A stretch of DNA of 53,483 nt, the filler included, from Streblomastix strix (Eukaryota), in the NCBI GenBank assembly GCA_008636045.1. It is 3 parts of 3 records of this genome, joined end to end, with 100 filler letters (N's around TTAATTAATTAA, not from the genome) between each part and the next. Parts side by side here need not be neighbours in the genome. Positions count along the whole stretch, not along the records: positions 17,870 to 35,631 come from SNRW01000680.1; positions 35,732 to 53,483 come from SNRW01000681.1; 1 more part is not named here. One strand, 5' to 3'. Under the pieces are notes generated by a model. The model was not told the origin of the DNA and made no database searches. It was given only the letters and a program-made list of their open reading frames with translations. Below are positions 28,801 through 42,160 of the stretch, piece after piece. The first letter of the stretch is position 1. Each line of letters starts with the position of its first letter. The translations under genes and the position numbers were made by a program.

Positions 28801-31244
28801 AGAAGAAGGAATTGATGATGAAGAGAATGAAGATGAGAATAAAGAAGCAGATATTGATGATGAAGAAGCAAAATAACAAAGGAAGCTTGAAAGAGAGAAA
28901 GAAAGAGAAAGAGAAAGAGAGAGAAGAAGAAGAAAAGAGAAAGAAAGGAAAAGAAAAGAACACGAAAGAGAAAAGAGGAGGAGGAAGAAAGAAAAAGAAA
29001 AAGAAAGAAGGAAAAGAGATAAATTAAGATCTGGGAAGAATAAAGATGAAAGCAGCAGTTCTTCAGAAGAAACAACTACAGAGAGTAGTTCATCAAGTAG
29101 TTCTGAGGAACCAGAAGAGAAAATAAAGAAAGAAGAAATTGAATAACCAATTTAAAAAGACGATAAATCAACTCTATCTCGTGGAACAGGTACATTGATT
29201 GGGAAGAAACATTCATTAACAGATTAATAAATAATATAACATAAAGGATCAAATTACAAATTAGATCTTTCATTTGTTCGTGATCATCTGCCTCACATTG
29301 CTTCTTCACTTATAATGCACATATCAACTATAATTATTTGCCAGGAAAACACGGAATAATTAACAATGGTATGAATTTTTTTAATACTTATTTATATAAA
29401 TTATTATTATTATCATTTTTCAGACGACAACAGGAATAAAGAATATTATGAGATAACTTCACATAAGCTCATCAATTATTAACTTTTATTTAACTCAACC
29501 TCCATCATATCCACCAGATGCATTTGAGAGTCTGATTTTTTGCAATAGAATAACTCTGTATCAACAAGTCTCCAAATCATCTCGTGAAGCTGAAACATTG
29601 AGGAAGAAATTGGAATTCTTTGATTCAGTCAAGAAAAAGAGCTCATCTTCATAAGAATAGAATGTTACATCTGGATCAGGAGGAAGTTAGAAAGTTGATC
29701 CAGATGCATAAGAATTCGATTTATCATAATTTGTGGGTATTGATCGTCGAACATTGCAAAAAGAATACGATAGAGCGCATGATGAAGAAGTAAAAGCGTA
29801 ATAAGCGTTGGATAAAGCTGGTTTAACACCTTACAATCTATGGCCTTATGTAAGCAACAAATAACATTATGATACATTCATGTCTGTCTGTGCATCTCGA
29901 ATGATAATTGCAGCAAGAGAACTTACAACACCAACTGGCGAGTTTGCAAATGCTCCTCCATTCCAGTTGTCATCAGAATCTGCATTTGGAAGTGATTAAC
30001 CAGCTCCTCTATTACAAACACAAGCTGGATCTTATTCAGCAACTTCATTTGGATCTGATGCAAATTAATACCTTTCTCCTGATTTCAACTTTGTGAATGC
30101 AATAGTTGATGTATCGCTTCCTTATAGCAGATCTGCATTTGCTGCATAAAGACTGGGAGGAACTTAAGTATTGAATGCTGCTGCTGAATATGTCCGTGTG
30201 AAAGAAAGTGGAGCTGAAAAAGCTCATAAGAAGAAGAAGCAATAAAGAGAAGCAGCGTGTCTTCAATCAAATTAAACAATCACTACCAAATCCAATACAA
30301 ACTCAAGCTCAGAAATTCCACAAACAATCGCAGAGGCTCTTATTGCACGTACAACAGATGAAAACAGTCGAATCAGGGCCAGTGCATTGAAAGGATTGGG
30401 TCTTCTTCCTCGAGCTGCTCCATATTTCCTTGGTCGATCTGGATCAGCTGCTTTGGCTGCTGCATGTCGTGCGTGTGATGACAGAGAAGAGAATGTTGCC
30501 AGAGCAGCAGCTGAATCTGTGAGACACTTGGCTGGAGATGAAGGAGGTGCAGATGAGGTCACACTGATTGCTATGCGTGTTACTGGGATGATGGCTGGAC
30601 GCACTCTCATAACAAAGAGACCTTAATCTCCTTTGCTTCGTGCATCTGGATGTGCGATTATAGCTGCAATGAGCAGAGGAAGCAGAGGTGTTCCAGGTGA
30701 TGAATATGTTGAGTACTTGCATAATGTCATCCCTGATCTTTATGTTCTAATTGTGGACACTTATGATATTCCTCGAAAGGCATCTCGTCTTGCATTACAA
30801 ATCGCTGGCAAGTATCTTTCGTCTCCTCAACTCAAGGCTCTTTTCAATTCACCTCTATTTCTCAATGACACAGATCCAGCTCAACCTCCATCAGTTGCTG
30901 CAATCATCACAGCTTCAGCTGGTGGGACAGGTGGGGTTCCAACTTTCTGCGCATTTGATGAACTATTCAAAGCGATCACTGGACATCTCATAGTCTGTTT
31001 CCCTCAGAGACTCAATGTATATGTTCAAACACTTCTCACATATCTCACTCCAGATAGACCTCCATTCCTCAAACAAGCTGCTACACTTCTCCTTGGAATG
31101 ATTCTCAGGTAACTTTCTCCACAACTTCGTCGCAATGTTCCTGTAGAATAAGTATCAAAAGCTATCATTGGTTTACTCACAGAAAGCGAAACTAATGTTC
31201 GGAGTCTGGCTTCAAGAGTTCTCGCGTGGCTTTGGGAATATTGA
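22832..31244 (+). CDS. MROH1: Maestro heat-like repeat protein (MROH1/HEATR7A-like), ~2770 aa
   Basis: The N-terminus PDWQQAASNVLIALS..KIPHYFVL..IFSRLLPLLGTVRHDNIKWVLSACFGVFGEAV, plus LLWPHLFEYIV, QRQALAEGLGLGA and ATILMCYG, match the MROH1 family. HEAT repeats run to the C-terminus. Introns at 23147-23200 and 29369-29423 give a spliced length of 8304 nt; TGA at 31242-31244. Confidence 0.85.
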
Positions 31245-31445
31245 GTATAGGAACAAATATTTAATAAAGAGGTTTTTGTTTATTGTTTTTTAAGTGTATA
31301 TTTATTAATCATAATAAAAAGAGCATAACAAGAAGTGAGGCACTCTGTGCTATAATAACAAATAGCTTTTTCAGGAGATGTGATGTGTAATGGGAAGTGA
31401 ACTAATAAAAGCTATTCACTTAAAAATCTCATTTTAAATAACAAC

Positions 31446-34400
31446 TCATTACAAAAGACGAATCAATTCTTCAACACGTAGGCGATCATGACCACGCCAT
31501 ATGCAAGCTAGAGCAAGCAATCCATTCACAGAGACAGCTTTCTGTATTTCGTTCTTAGCATCCTATCCTCCTGTGCGAAGAATTGCTACAAGGAGATTCG
31601 CTATTGTGGAACCATCACCTTCACTCAACTCTGTGATCTGTTCCTATCCTAGTTTGTATACTGTTCCAAGAAGTGCAATAAAGTCACTTTACAAAATCTT
31701 CTTTGTGTTTTCTGCAGTAAATCAAACAAAATCAATTAGTAAAACAAATAAAAAAGTAAAATATACCAGCAGTAACAGCCAAGTTAGTGAGTACATTGCC
31801 AATCTTCTAGCATTTTTCGGGCTGTTTAAGGAACATTCGCTTGAGGTGTTTCAAAATAGGATGAAATTCAGCAGGAAATTCGACTCCTCTATAAACATGT
31901 CCGATTATCTCTGCAACTCTATCCTTGTGATTATCAAACAATACAAACAACTGTTTCAATGCTCCATCCTACTCCAATTCCAAACGAATGCCGCAGAGTC
32001 CAAGAGGTCCACCGAGGAATGGAGGTTGTCTAAGAAACGCTCTTCCATCTTCAATCTCAACTGCTTCTAATGCATCAGAATCATCCGCTATTTCACCTTT
32101 GGTTTTTGATTTGGATTCTTTTTCATCTTCTTCTTCTGATGATGATGAAGTAGAAGAAGAAGACGAAGATGATGCAGAAGTAGTTTCTTCACTTCCTGAT
32201 TAATCAATTTGCTTCTTCTTTTTACTCTTTTTCTTCTTATCCTTCTTTTTCTTATCCTTCTTCTTCTTTTCTTTCTTTTTCTATTTTTCATTCAACTTAC
32301 TCTTCTTCTTAGAATGAGATGATTCCAACAATCGCACTTATTTTGATTTAACATGTTACTGTTCAGTTGAACGTTGAACTTCACGAATGTGCTCTCGTCC
32401 AATTGTCTTTTCAACCCGTTCCTCACGAACAATATTCTTAAAAGTCCTCAATACCAAATCGCAATAATAAAGATCATTTGGGGCCTCTTCTAATACTCTG
32501 AAACACGCAGCTATGGCTCCAGCTTCATAAAGTGCATGTTGGTGGATGTTGTTATGAATGCATCTCGATACCAGAAGAAGAAGATCATAACATTCATGGC
32601 GGATTTGAATATCTTTTAACTTTGCATTCAGTTCGGTGGATGGTCCTTTTGCAGATGCGTGAACTGGAGGTCGAGGACGTTGACGAATGTCCGGATCAAC
32701 TGGAAGTTTCCCATAAAGAAGAATTTGAATAAGTTTTTCAATTGCTTTTGATTATAACAGTTAATCAATGCATCGTACAGCTGCTTATGATGGAAATGAG
32801 ATAGCTAATTATTATGCTTAATCAGCAAATGAAGATGAAGGAGCAAATTAAGGAGCTAATAAAGCATGAGTTGCACCATAAATAATAATAGTGAATACTT
32901 TCATAACATAATCCAAGAGTGTTGGCCATTATGCGTGATATGGGATGCCCATTAGATACTTACATTATACAACACCTTTAGGCAATTTAATTACTTTCAA
33001 TTTCAGACGTCCACGTTAAGAAGATTTTGCTACTTCAAATTTCTTAACAACGAATTCAGCATTTTCAAATTAAGCAGCACCTTCTGTAGTTCCAATGTAT
33101 CCAATCAATGTTATGAAAATTTCAAATAATTCTGCAAACACATCTCGAGTGGCAATAGCTTAGAACAATCGTTAAGAGAAGAATCCTTAATTACCGACCA
33201 TTCCGAGAAGGAGAATCGCTTTTAGGCCAGAATTAACACTCTGCAAATCTCCAATTGTGTTTTATCTCCTGATAAATAAATAATATAGAAATAGAAATTA
33301 ATAAAATAAAAATGCATTATCATATGATAACAAACAAATAAGTTTGAGCAGCAGCAACCAATGATTTGAAAGAAAGAGAGTTTAATAGAAGAGCGTTAAG
33401 ATCAATGCTACGAGAGAAGAAAACAGTGAAAGCGAGTTGAATTGCTGGGTCAATTGGAAGCGCAGAATATATTCGTTCAATTGGAATGCCATTTGACAGT
33501 TAATGCTTAATATTTGCATTCCCTGATATCATCAGAACAAATACCAAACGAAGAAGCATGTGAGGTACGTATCCACGACCTACACAACGCAACAATCCTT
33601 ATACGTCATCTATAAAGTGATCTGAAAATATCAGCTAATGTGTATCTGTTATATAATAATAATAAAAATAAAAATGTATCATTTGTGTGAAATGAATTAA
33701 ATATATACCTTCACGCTGAGCCAAGAATGCCAGAAGTTCCAAAGCACTATCTGTACTTGAAATGATACTTTCATCTGTAATTCCTTCTTCTGGTTCAGCA
33801 TCAACTTTCTTCGTTAGCTCACCTTCTTTGAAAATAACTTCAACTTTCTAAATCCCAGTGCCTTAATCTCTATATCCAACAAGTTACGCTTTTTTATCCT
33901 TCAATCTTTCTTTTCTTTCATGTTCCTCAAAGAAGAGTCTTGTGTTATGAAGAATATTCTTACAGCTGTCTATTACTCTGCTTATTATGAATGATGGGAT
34001 CCTGAATCTGCCAAAGAGCATCGCTATTGAATTCGCAGTCCAGAATTGAGCTGATAAATCATATCCTGCTCTTTGCAATTAGAATCTTCTTTATTCTGCA
34101 GCTTCAAGTTATGCAGCTGTTTCACCTCTGATTGTGAATGCTCCTTCACCGCTTCTTCCAGATTACGATCTGTCTAATGATTATCTCTCTCTATGAGCTC
34201 TGAATGAAGCTTATACTGTTGCAAATGATTACCAAGTCATTGGCCCTTATTATTAATTGTAATTCTTTTGCTATTTTCCTAATTCTTTTATTATCAATTT
34301 GAGGGATCCATCATGACCCAATCCATGTAAATACACATGAGTTGGTCTTGGATCAATATCTCCAATTTGTGGATCAACTGCTCTACTTAATTTATGCAAT

Positions 34401-35631
34401 GGCAATTAAGGAAGCTAATGAACTCTGAATTGTGTTGGAGATGAAGATTCAAATCTTCTTTGATCCAATTAATGTGTTGATGAACTAATCTCATCAACAA
34501 CTGCAGATTCAAGCTCAGTGTATTATATACTATCAATATAATATCTATCTCTAATGAATGACTCAAGCCTTAACAAAGCTCTATCAGATAATCTATCATC
34601 TGGATGTTATAAGAGTCGGATATAAGCAGAAGCAGCTCCTTTGATAAAAAGAGTATCAGTTCTCACTCTGTCATTACCTGCATCAATGAGTTCAGTTAAT
34701 GTGTCCATCATATCTTCATCAATGTAGTTGAATGGGAGACGAAGAAGGAGTTGCGATACTTCATCTCCAATTGATGTTTCTAAGATCGCAAAATCACGCA
34801 CTTCTTCGAAGACATTTGCTGGACCTGCAAATTTCCTGACAACTCTACTCACAATTCCAATTAGATTCTTATCCTAATCTATTTCATTCTCTGCGTGTTG
34901 TATTTTCCTCTCAACAGCAATCTTCGCTTATCCATCATGGTTATATCTCGCTTCTTCGCCCATCTTCCTTATTTTAATCATTCTGCGATCAATCCTCAAA
35001 ATATCTCTCCATGATGCACCAAGTATCACACTCAAGTCAGTGAATGCATCAATGATATCCTACCGCCAACTTCTGAATGCTCTTAACTGATCCAACATCT
35101 TCTCAATCACTATAACCTACTTCTCCATTCTTGATAGTTCATTCTTTCTTGCATAGTACCTCTCATATCCTGATCTATCTCCTCCATTCCCTAATTCATT
35201 CAGCGACCAATATACATGTTGATCTGTTTAGTATTTCATCCAGGGCATAATTTGGTGCTTTTTGATCTTCTTCAAAAGATATGCTGGAGGAGGAGGAGGG
35301 GGATGTTTAATGAATATTGGAGGACCTCTTGTTAATCCACTTTTCAATTTTCTTTCTTTTTCTTTCTCTTCTTATTCCTTCTTCTGCTGAATCTCTTTTT
35401 CCTTCTCAATCTTCAATTAATCTTCAATCTTCATCTTCTACAGCAGTTATTCAGTTCTCCTTCTTCTCACTTCTGGAAGATCCATCAATTCAGTTGTTGT
35501 CAGTCTCTTCTCGGGATCTTTGTCCAACAGAGACAGAATTGTGCTCCTCAATTTGTATGAGAGTAATATGGGCATTGATGCAACTGGTTCGCTCTTCAAA
35601 ATTAAATTAGCCATTATTTCATCACTTTCTG
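31446..35631 (-). CDS. 5'-truncated protein kinase (only subdomains X-XI visible) with coiled-coil and ARM/HEAT-like C-terminal region
   Basis: It begins at the contig edge with ..LSYKLRSTILSLLDKDPEKRLTTTELMDLPEV (kinase C-lobe end). Introns at 33646-33708, 33269-33335 and 31712-31766 give 3999 nt in frame, ending at TGA 31446-31448. Confidence 0.75.
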
Positions 35632-35731
35632 NNNNNNNNNNNNNNNNNNNNNNNNNNNNNNNNNNNNNNNNNNNNTTAATTAATTAANNNNNNNNNNNNN
35701 NNNNNNNNNNNNNNNNNNNNNNNNNNNNNNN
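35632..35731. other. Artificial contig-joining spacer
   Basis: 44 N + TTAATTAATTAA + 44 N, identical to the first spacer. Confidence 0.97.
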
Positions 35732-35778
35732 ATTATTGAAATAAATAATATATATAATTAAATTATTTTTATATATAC

Positions 35779-36495
35779 CTCAATCCAGATTAAATATCTG
35801 TTTATGCATCTCCAACAAATAAGACTCTTTTAGGATCAGTAATCTGAATTAATAAAAAAGATATTATTTATTATTAGATTATTTCATATTAATTTAATAT
35901 TATAAGATATTAATGTTTATATTTATATATAAATACCTTAAGTTCTTTCATTGCATAGAATATTGGATCGGGATAAGGTTTATGTCTTTCTGTTTAACTC
36001 ATTGGAACAATTAAATCAAAGAAATCAAATATCTTTAAAAACTTAAGATGTTAATCTAATGATGGCTGGTCTCTATTTGTTATTATTCCCATTTTAATAT
36101 TCAATTATTTAAGTTTATTCAGCAATGGTAATGCCTGATAATTAGAAATAAAGAAATAATAATAAAATAAATAAATAATAGCAAACTCCATCATAGATTC
36201 TTAAATGTTCATAAATCATTTTTTCTTAATATTATATGTGTGCTTCTAAAATCTTATTATATTCTTCTTAATCTATCTTTCTTCCAATCATTTGGCACAA
36301 CTCATCATACAAGTTCCCTGAAATTAGTTCATCTTTTATTTATTATATCGAAATTGGTTCTTTTCCTGTCGCGAACTTGTAATCAAATTATAGTGATATG
36401 GCTATGAGATCACTGGAATCAGATAGTGTTCCATCAAGATCGAATAGAACAAGATCGTAAACAACTTTTTCTTATTCCGTCATACATAAACTCAT
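35779..36495 (-). CDS. HAD-superfamily phosphatase (phosphoglycolate phosphatase/PpaX-like), 3' end cut by contig edge
   Basis: Motif I VLFDLDGTLSDS, motif II GIITN, motif III KPYPDP and motif IV FVGDAQTDI are all present. Introns at 36135-36186 and 35844-35936; a third donor at 35778. Confidence 0.9.
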
Positions 36496-36888
36496 CTTCA
36501 AAAAATAAATAATTTATCGGCATGATTAAATTATAATAAATGTTTATAGAATTAAATTATGTAATAAATAGTTTTTCCTTGATAAAATAATTATCTAATA
36601 TGTATTTATATACATGGATATTGCTTAATTCACTAAAAAATGAATTTCAATCCATCGAGGCATAATTTGATTTATTTTTATAATAATTGTAGCTTTCTAA
36701 TATATATCACAAGAAATATATATAATTGAATGATTTGCACACCGCTAAATGTAATTTCTTGAGAAATTTTATTTGAAGGTTTTTTAGAAAATATTTATTT
36801 TATGTTATTAAACAAAAAGATATGAAATGAAATTATTAAATTAAAAATAAATAAATTTATATTGGAATGAAGTTTATATTTTAATAAA

Positions 36889-37500
36889 TCAAAATTTTTC
36901 TTCTAATTATTATAATTCATCAACAAACTAATCCATTTCATTCAAATCTTTTATCTCACTTCCAACTTCAATTGTGAAGAAATATTGACCAAATCTTCAC
37001 ATTGAAAATTAATATCTTTTATCAATCTCGATTTCATCATCATAATCATTTCCTTTATTATTAAATATAACATTTCTTTTCTAATTTTTATTTTAAATCA
37101 ATTAATCTTCACCATTGCTTTCTTCTACAAAATATGTATATTGATTCTCAACATCTTCTTCATCAAAATTATTTACATCTTCTTCATCATCATCTTCTTC
37201 GTCATCATCTTTTTCTTCTCTTATTCTTTTTAGATTTTCTTTCTTATTTTAATTGTCATTCATATCTTCATTAATATCTTCATATTCACTTCTTTTTCTT
37301 TTCTTCTTCTCCATTATGAAATCGCTGTCATCTTCATCTTCATCCAATTCCTTAATCATATTTTATTTCTCTTTCTTTTTTTTAATTCCTTTATTCTTGT
37401 TTGCATTTCTTTGTCCATGCACTTCTCTTCAATGTGTAGCATATTTATTTGAATTGCTTATATTTCTTCTAAGTCTGCTTATGTCATTGTTTATAATCTA
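36889..37500 (-). pseudogene. Acidic (D/E-rich) ORF remnant with two in-frame TGAs
   Basis: One frame reads ..SNKYATH*REVHG..KKKKEK..DEDEDDSDF..EEDDDEEDV..FSM*RFGQYFFTIEVG..EEKF*. Confidence 0.35.
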
Positions 37501-37859
37501 TCTAAATAATTATATAAATAATTATGCAGCTTCGACAAAAAGTAAGTACAAACAATTTTTTTGATAATAATTAAACAACTTTTGTTTTTATTAAACAATT
37601 TAAAATTCTATATATGGTTTCAAAATTTTTAAATAAAATTGTATTAAAATTATTTTAATTCCGAATTTTTTTGATTTGTTTCAAATTACTGTTGCATCTA
37701 TAGTTTCTGTCACTCGTCGTTCTCCAATAGGGTAGAACAAACGGAGTTGGAAATACTATTTCAATAAATTATGTCCTCTCACCTTAATTTAATTCCGCAA
37801 TATTTATATTTTTTTAATAATTATTTTATATTTCATTAATTTATTAATTTAGATTCATC

Positions 37860-38700
37860 CTAAAACACAATTCATAATACAAAGACGTGATATAACTGGT
37901 ACTGTTTCCATTCAATAGATGAATTTCCGTTCATTCAATGAAGAAATCATCTTGAAGTTTTCGTAGAGTTGATATCAACAATTGGCCCTTTGGAACATGA
38001 ACCTGATACAATTAGAAAATGTCACAAACATTTAAGGAAGGGTTTCCTCTGATGTCTAGAATGGATGCACCAGGGCGTCCAATAATTTCAGGTTATAAGG
38101 AAGCTATTGAAAATATTTTGATAGAATTTCCTTACGTTAGTTTGACAATAATTGCTTTGGAGACAAATTGAAATTATTCGCAATGCGCAGAATCATCAAA
38201 AATGAGATAATGTTCAAAAATGTCGCTTTATTATAGATTATTTATTTTCATACTAAAAATTTTAGAAAAATGAAAGTTGAAATTATACTAACAATGCTTG
38301 GAAAACATTATAAACATAGAAGATTAAACGTCATTTCTATTGCTGCTGGAGTTGAAACTTTTACCTATTTATAGAAATCCTGAACCTTCAGCATAATCTT
38401 AAGAAAATCATGAATAACATATTCTAATCATATAAGGAATCGGGTTTCCAAAAGTTATATAAATATTATTCTTTTTAAGACTGTGAATTTGGCTCAATAA
38501 AATTTTTGAAAATAGCTAAATAATGAACCATGAATGATTTATTACTAAAATTCTGCAACTATTGAAGAATAACGTTAAAATAGAGTTTAAATCAGATTGC
38601 ACATACTTCAAAAGAAACAACACAATTCAGCACATGTAAATAAAATGTATGGACTTCACCACAGACTACTAATTTATTCACGCTATTTGTAACTATAATC
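37860..38700 (+). mobile_element. Heavily decayed Tc1/mariner transposase relic
   Basis: Segments DAPGRPIISGYKEAIENILIEFPYVSLTIIALET (GRP + HTH) and IAAGVETFTYL (degenerate xTGDExW) lie in shifting frames. Confidence 0.55.
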
Positions 38701-38969
38701 TCCGAGTTAAATCAAAATAACAACTCAATACAATTCATAAATGTAATTTATAAATGATATAGACTATTTTATATAAATCACTATGACACAAATGTACAAT
38801 AACAGCCATTAAAAAAATAACAACATGAATTATTATTCAAAATATATTCAAAATAATTCCAAATTAATTATAAAATAATTATTTAATTTTCAAAATTTAT
38901 GAAAAAAATTTAACAATTTTCACTATTAATTTCCTCTCTAACAAATAGACTAAATATATCAATTATTGT

Positions 38970-39673
38970 TAAATGCAGTCTAAATCACTACATACATCAC
39001 AAATATGTGTATCTATTATCACAATGATGCGCATGAGTTAATGATTCGTTTGATATGAGATCAATCCTTTACCAGCGTGGACGTAACGGTTTTGCAGACG
39101 TGTATACTGGAGACAAATCTTATATTTTCTAAGTGTCTGCACCTAGATGTGGATGGGTTTAGGGTGAAACAAAACCACCATCATAGCCTTCAAATATGTA
39201 GCAGGATAAGAAACTTATGCTCACAGTCTTTGGTTCTACAAAAAAATCTGTCTAATACATTGTACTCCGTTAGACGAACGAATGAATGTGGCGATGTTCA
39301 TAGAAGAAGTGCTTAAATAACTGAACAAAATTGTAAAAAAGACTCTTGATATGCATTGGAGCCTATTTGGATACATTACAACAACGTGCAAGTGCATACC
39401 GCGAAATATACCAGAGAATTCCTGGGAAAATCAGTCTTTACTCGAATGTCTTAACCACCTTATAGTCCTGACATTGCACAATCTGACTTCTTTTTGTTTG
39501 GTAAACTCAATTAAATGATTCAAGAAAAAAAATTTGTGGAGGAAAATGAGTTGAAAATTGCAGTTGAATCTATTTTAGCTAGTTTGACGCAAAGGCAACT
39601 TCATGACGCATTCGAGGATTGACTCGATAGATTGACATGTGTAATTAACTCTGATAGGGAGTATGTTGAATGA
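38970..39673 (+). mobile_element. Mariner (DD34D-type) transposase pseudogene
   Basis: Motifs VYTGDKSYIF, KKLMLTVF, PPYSPDIAQSDFFLFGKL and C-terminal FED*LDRLTCVINSDREYVE* are present, with frameshifts and an internal TGA at 39620. Confidence 0.88.
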
Positions 39674-39789
39674 TCAGCTATAATAAATATAAACTTAAAC
39701 TATTTCAGAAAAAATATGGTTGATTTATTTTTTGAAAAATCGATTTATATTCATATAAATTGAACTTGTTTCTGCGGTTCTCAACTGAT

Positions 39790-40330
39790 GATTGTCATCA
39801 TCTCAATATTTCATCTACTTCATATAACATATATATGAGTATAATAATTGAAGTCTGATCTTTGGTGGGTGATTCGCTAAGTTCGTCGGAGGGACTTTTT
39901 CAGAAATCGATATTACTGTTCTTTTGCTCTTTTCTCATCTCTTATCTATTTTGCCGTTTTAATATCAAACTCACTAGGAACACTAAATATAGATTCGCCT
40001 TCATCATTTGCAATATTAGGAATCTCGCCTAAATCACCATTCCAAAATTCTGTATAATCTACTTATATTAATCTTTTCATCTAATTATCTCTTCACTAAC
40101 TTTAACCAGTTATGAAATATTAGTTATAAGCTTATTTTATTGCTTTACATAATTTCTTATATTTTGCTAGTGATGTTACATCACCTTCAACAAATGATTA
40201 TCCTTAATATTATTTGTCATAATATTACAATACCCATGGAGCAATAACTCCTTTCCATGTCCTACCTTCAATGATTGAATATACTTAAGCTACTGTATAG
40301 CTGCGCTCCAGCAAGAAAAATATAATCATT
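39790..40330 (-). pseudogene. Unknown ORF remnant
   Basis: ~170 codons (YTVAQVYSIIEGRTWKGVIAPWVLQYYDKQ..VDYTEFWNGDLGEIPNI..) with one in-frame TGA and a disrupted 5' end. Confidence 0.4.
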
Positions 40331-41814
40331 ATTTTTACTCAAATTCGATATGCGGAAAACATTAATTATATCGAATTATTTATAACCTGTTATTGTCTAA
40401 GCAGTAGTTAAATCAACATAATTGTTTAAAAGTTCTCAATTTTCTGGATAATATTTTGAATTCCATGCAAATAAAAAAATAAGTTTACTATTCGACTTTA
40501 ATATTTTAAGGAGCGAAGTTGAAACAGAAAATTAGAAAAAAACGTTCGATTTTTAAAAATGCAAATAATTTATTATATTCGTGTTTATTAGCTGTAAAAA
40601 GCAATAATAATTGTTGAAATGCATTATAAAAGCATTTTGAAAATTTGTATTAACAAATATAAAATTTAATTAATGTAAGCCAAATTTGTAAATTTATAAA
40701 TGTTTTAAATATATAATTTAATAATAAAATAATAATAAATATAGTCATTAAATAATCAAGGTTTAAGTAGAATTTGGTTGAATGAATCTGGTAAAAAAAT
40801 GGATTTTATTCGTAAAATTTCTCTCGATGATTCGGAAGTACCAAAGTTTAAATTATTGACAATTGTTATAATATTAGCAATAAACGAACAGAATAATGAA
40901 AATAATAATATTTATTATAAATCGTATTGTTCAGTCATTAGTAAAACTATTTGTTAAAATCCTGTCTATGGAAGTTATCATCAATCGTAGCCAAAAAATC
41001 CTCATCATTCGTTCAAATTCAATAATTTTATATTTAATTCTGATTATTAATGCAATTTCTTAACTATCATTATTAAATTCTTTAAATCTGAATTTTTATG
41101 CATCAATATAAAAAAGAGCTATATCTCAATAACTTTCAAATTAACGTCTATAAAACAGTTCAAAAACAAACGAGTCATAAATAATAGAATATTAATTTAA
41201 TAAAACCCAAAAAATGACTATTACACAATTTTATTGACTTTTTTCAAAAGGCGAATTTATTTTCCCAGTATCTTCATTCAGTTGAACTTATTATTCATTA
41301 ACATCAAAGATATATGCTACTACACGAATATGTTATGGTACAGATATAATGAAATGGGCTGATTCTTTTAACATATGTTCATCTTCACAAATAATATCCA
41401 ATAACCATTTATATACTGATGAATCAGCAGAAAATTAATTTTCAAATATAGAGCTTCTTCTTCTGGTGGATTATTATGGAGAATCAATAGATGTTTATTA
41501 CTTTTTTTTCAAATGATGAATATTCCTCTACAATTGTGATGGGATTTGGTGTCTATGATGATCTTGGAGATATAATTTACGTCACTTTGTCTGAACAAAA
41601 ACAAAAAACATATATTCTCAATTAAACATTGATAATTAATCATCAGGGTGATCTTTATTATGAATATCTTTTTCTTTACCTTTTACAAGTTCGTTTATTA
41701 TATCAAATGCACTGGCTATCAAAAACAGATTAGCTATCTCAACTAATGTTATGATTATTAATGATGTACTAACTACGATTTCAAAAATAATTTTCAGTTA
41801 GATAAAAAAAATTA

Positions 41815-42145
41815 AAATCAATTTTTCTTCGGTATGATATTTTATTCTAAATCAGTTTATAACCATTGCAACATATAATTCATATAATTTTCTTTAAAAT
41901 TTTGGTCAGATAAAAATTTCATTAACTGGTTTTGCACAATATTATTTCTGTTGTAAATATAGGCTTTCTTTAATGCATATCTTCTCTTTGCTGCTAACTG
42001 TTGTTTACATATTGTTTCCTTTCAATGATCATCTTTGAAGTATTTCTTTGGCTTTCAAACTTATCTATTTTCAATTTATTAGTCTACTTATTCAGTTTCA
42101 GCTTCATTGATTTTAGTTTCGATTGTAATTTTCTTTTCAATAATA
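41815..42145 (-). pseudogene. Small basic protein with degenerate AT-hook-like (RGRPKKY) motif
   Basis: Reads ..ENRQV*KPKKYFKDDH*KETICKQQLAAKRRY..; the two TGAs fall where G and R would be expected. Confidence 0.4.
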
Positions 42146-42160
42146 ATAAAAAAATTAAAT

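Noticed and set aside
28686..29075. Hydrophobic Phe/Leu/Ser-rich 'membrane protein' ORFs (also 1922-2182, 24003-24230, 37253-37564)
   Set aside because: They are reverse complements of Lys/Glu/Arg-rich coding tracts.
31501..32070. 189-aa plus-strand ORF
   Set aside because: It is antisense to the kinase gene and spans its intron; no recognisable features.
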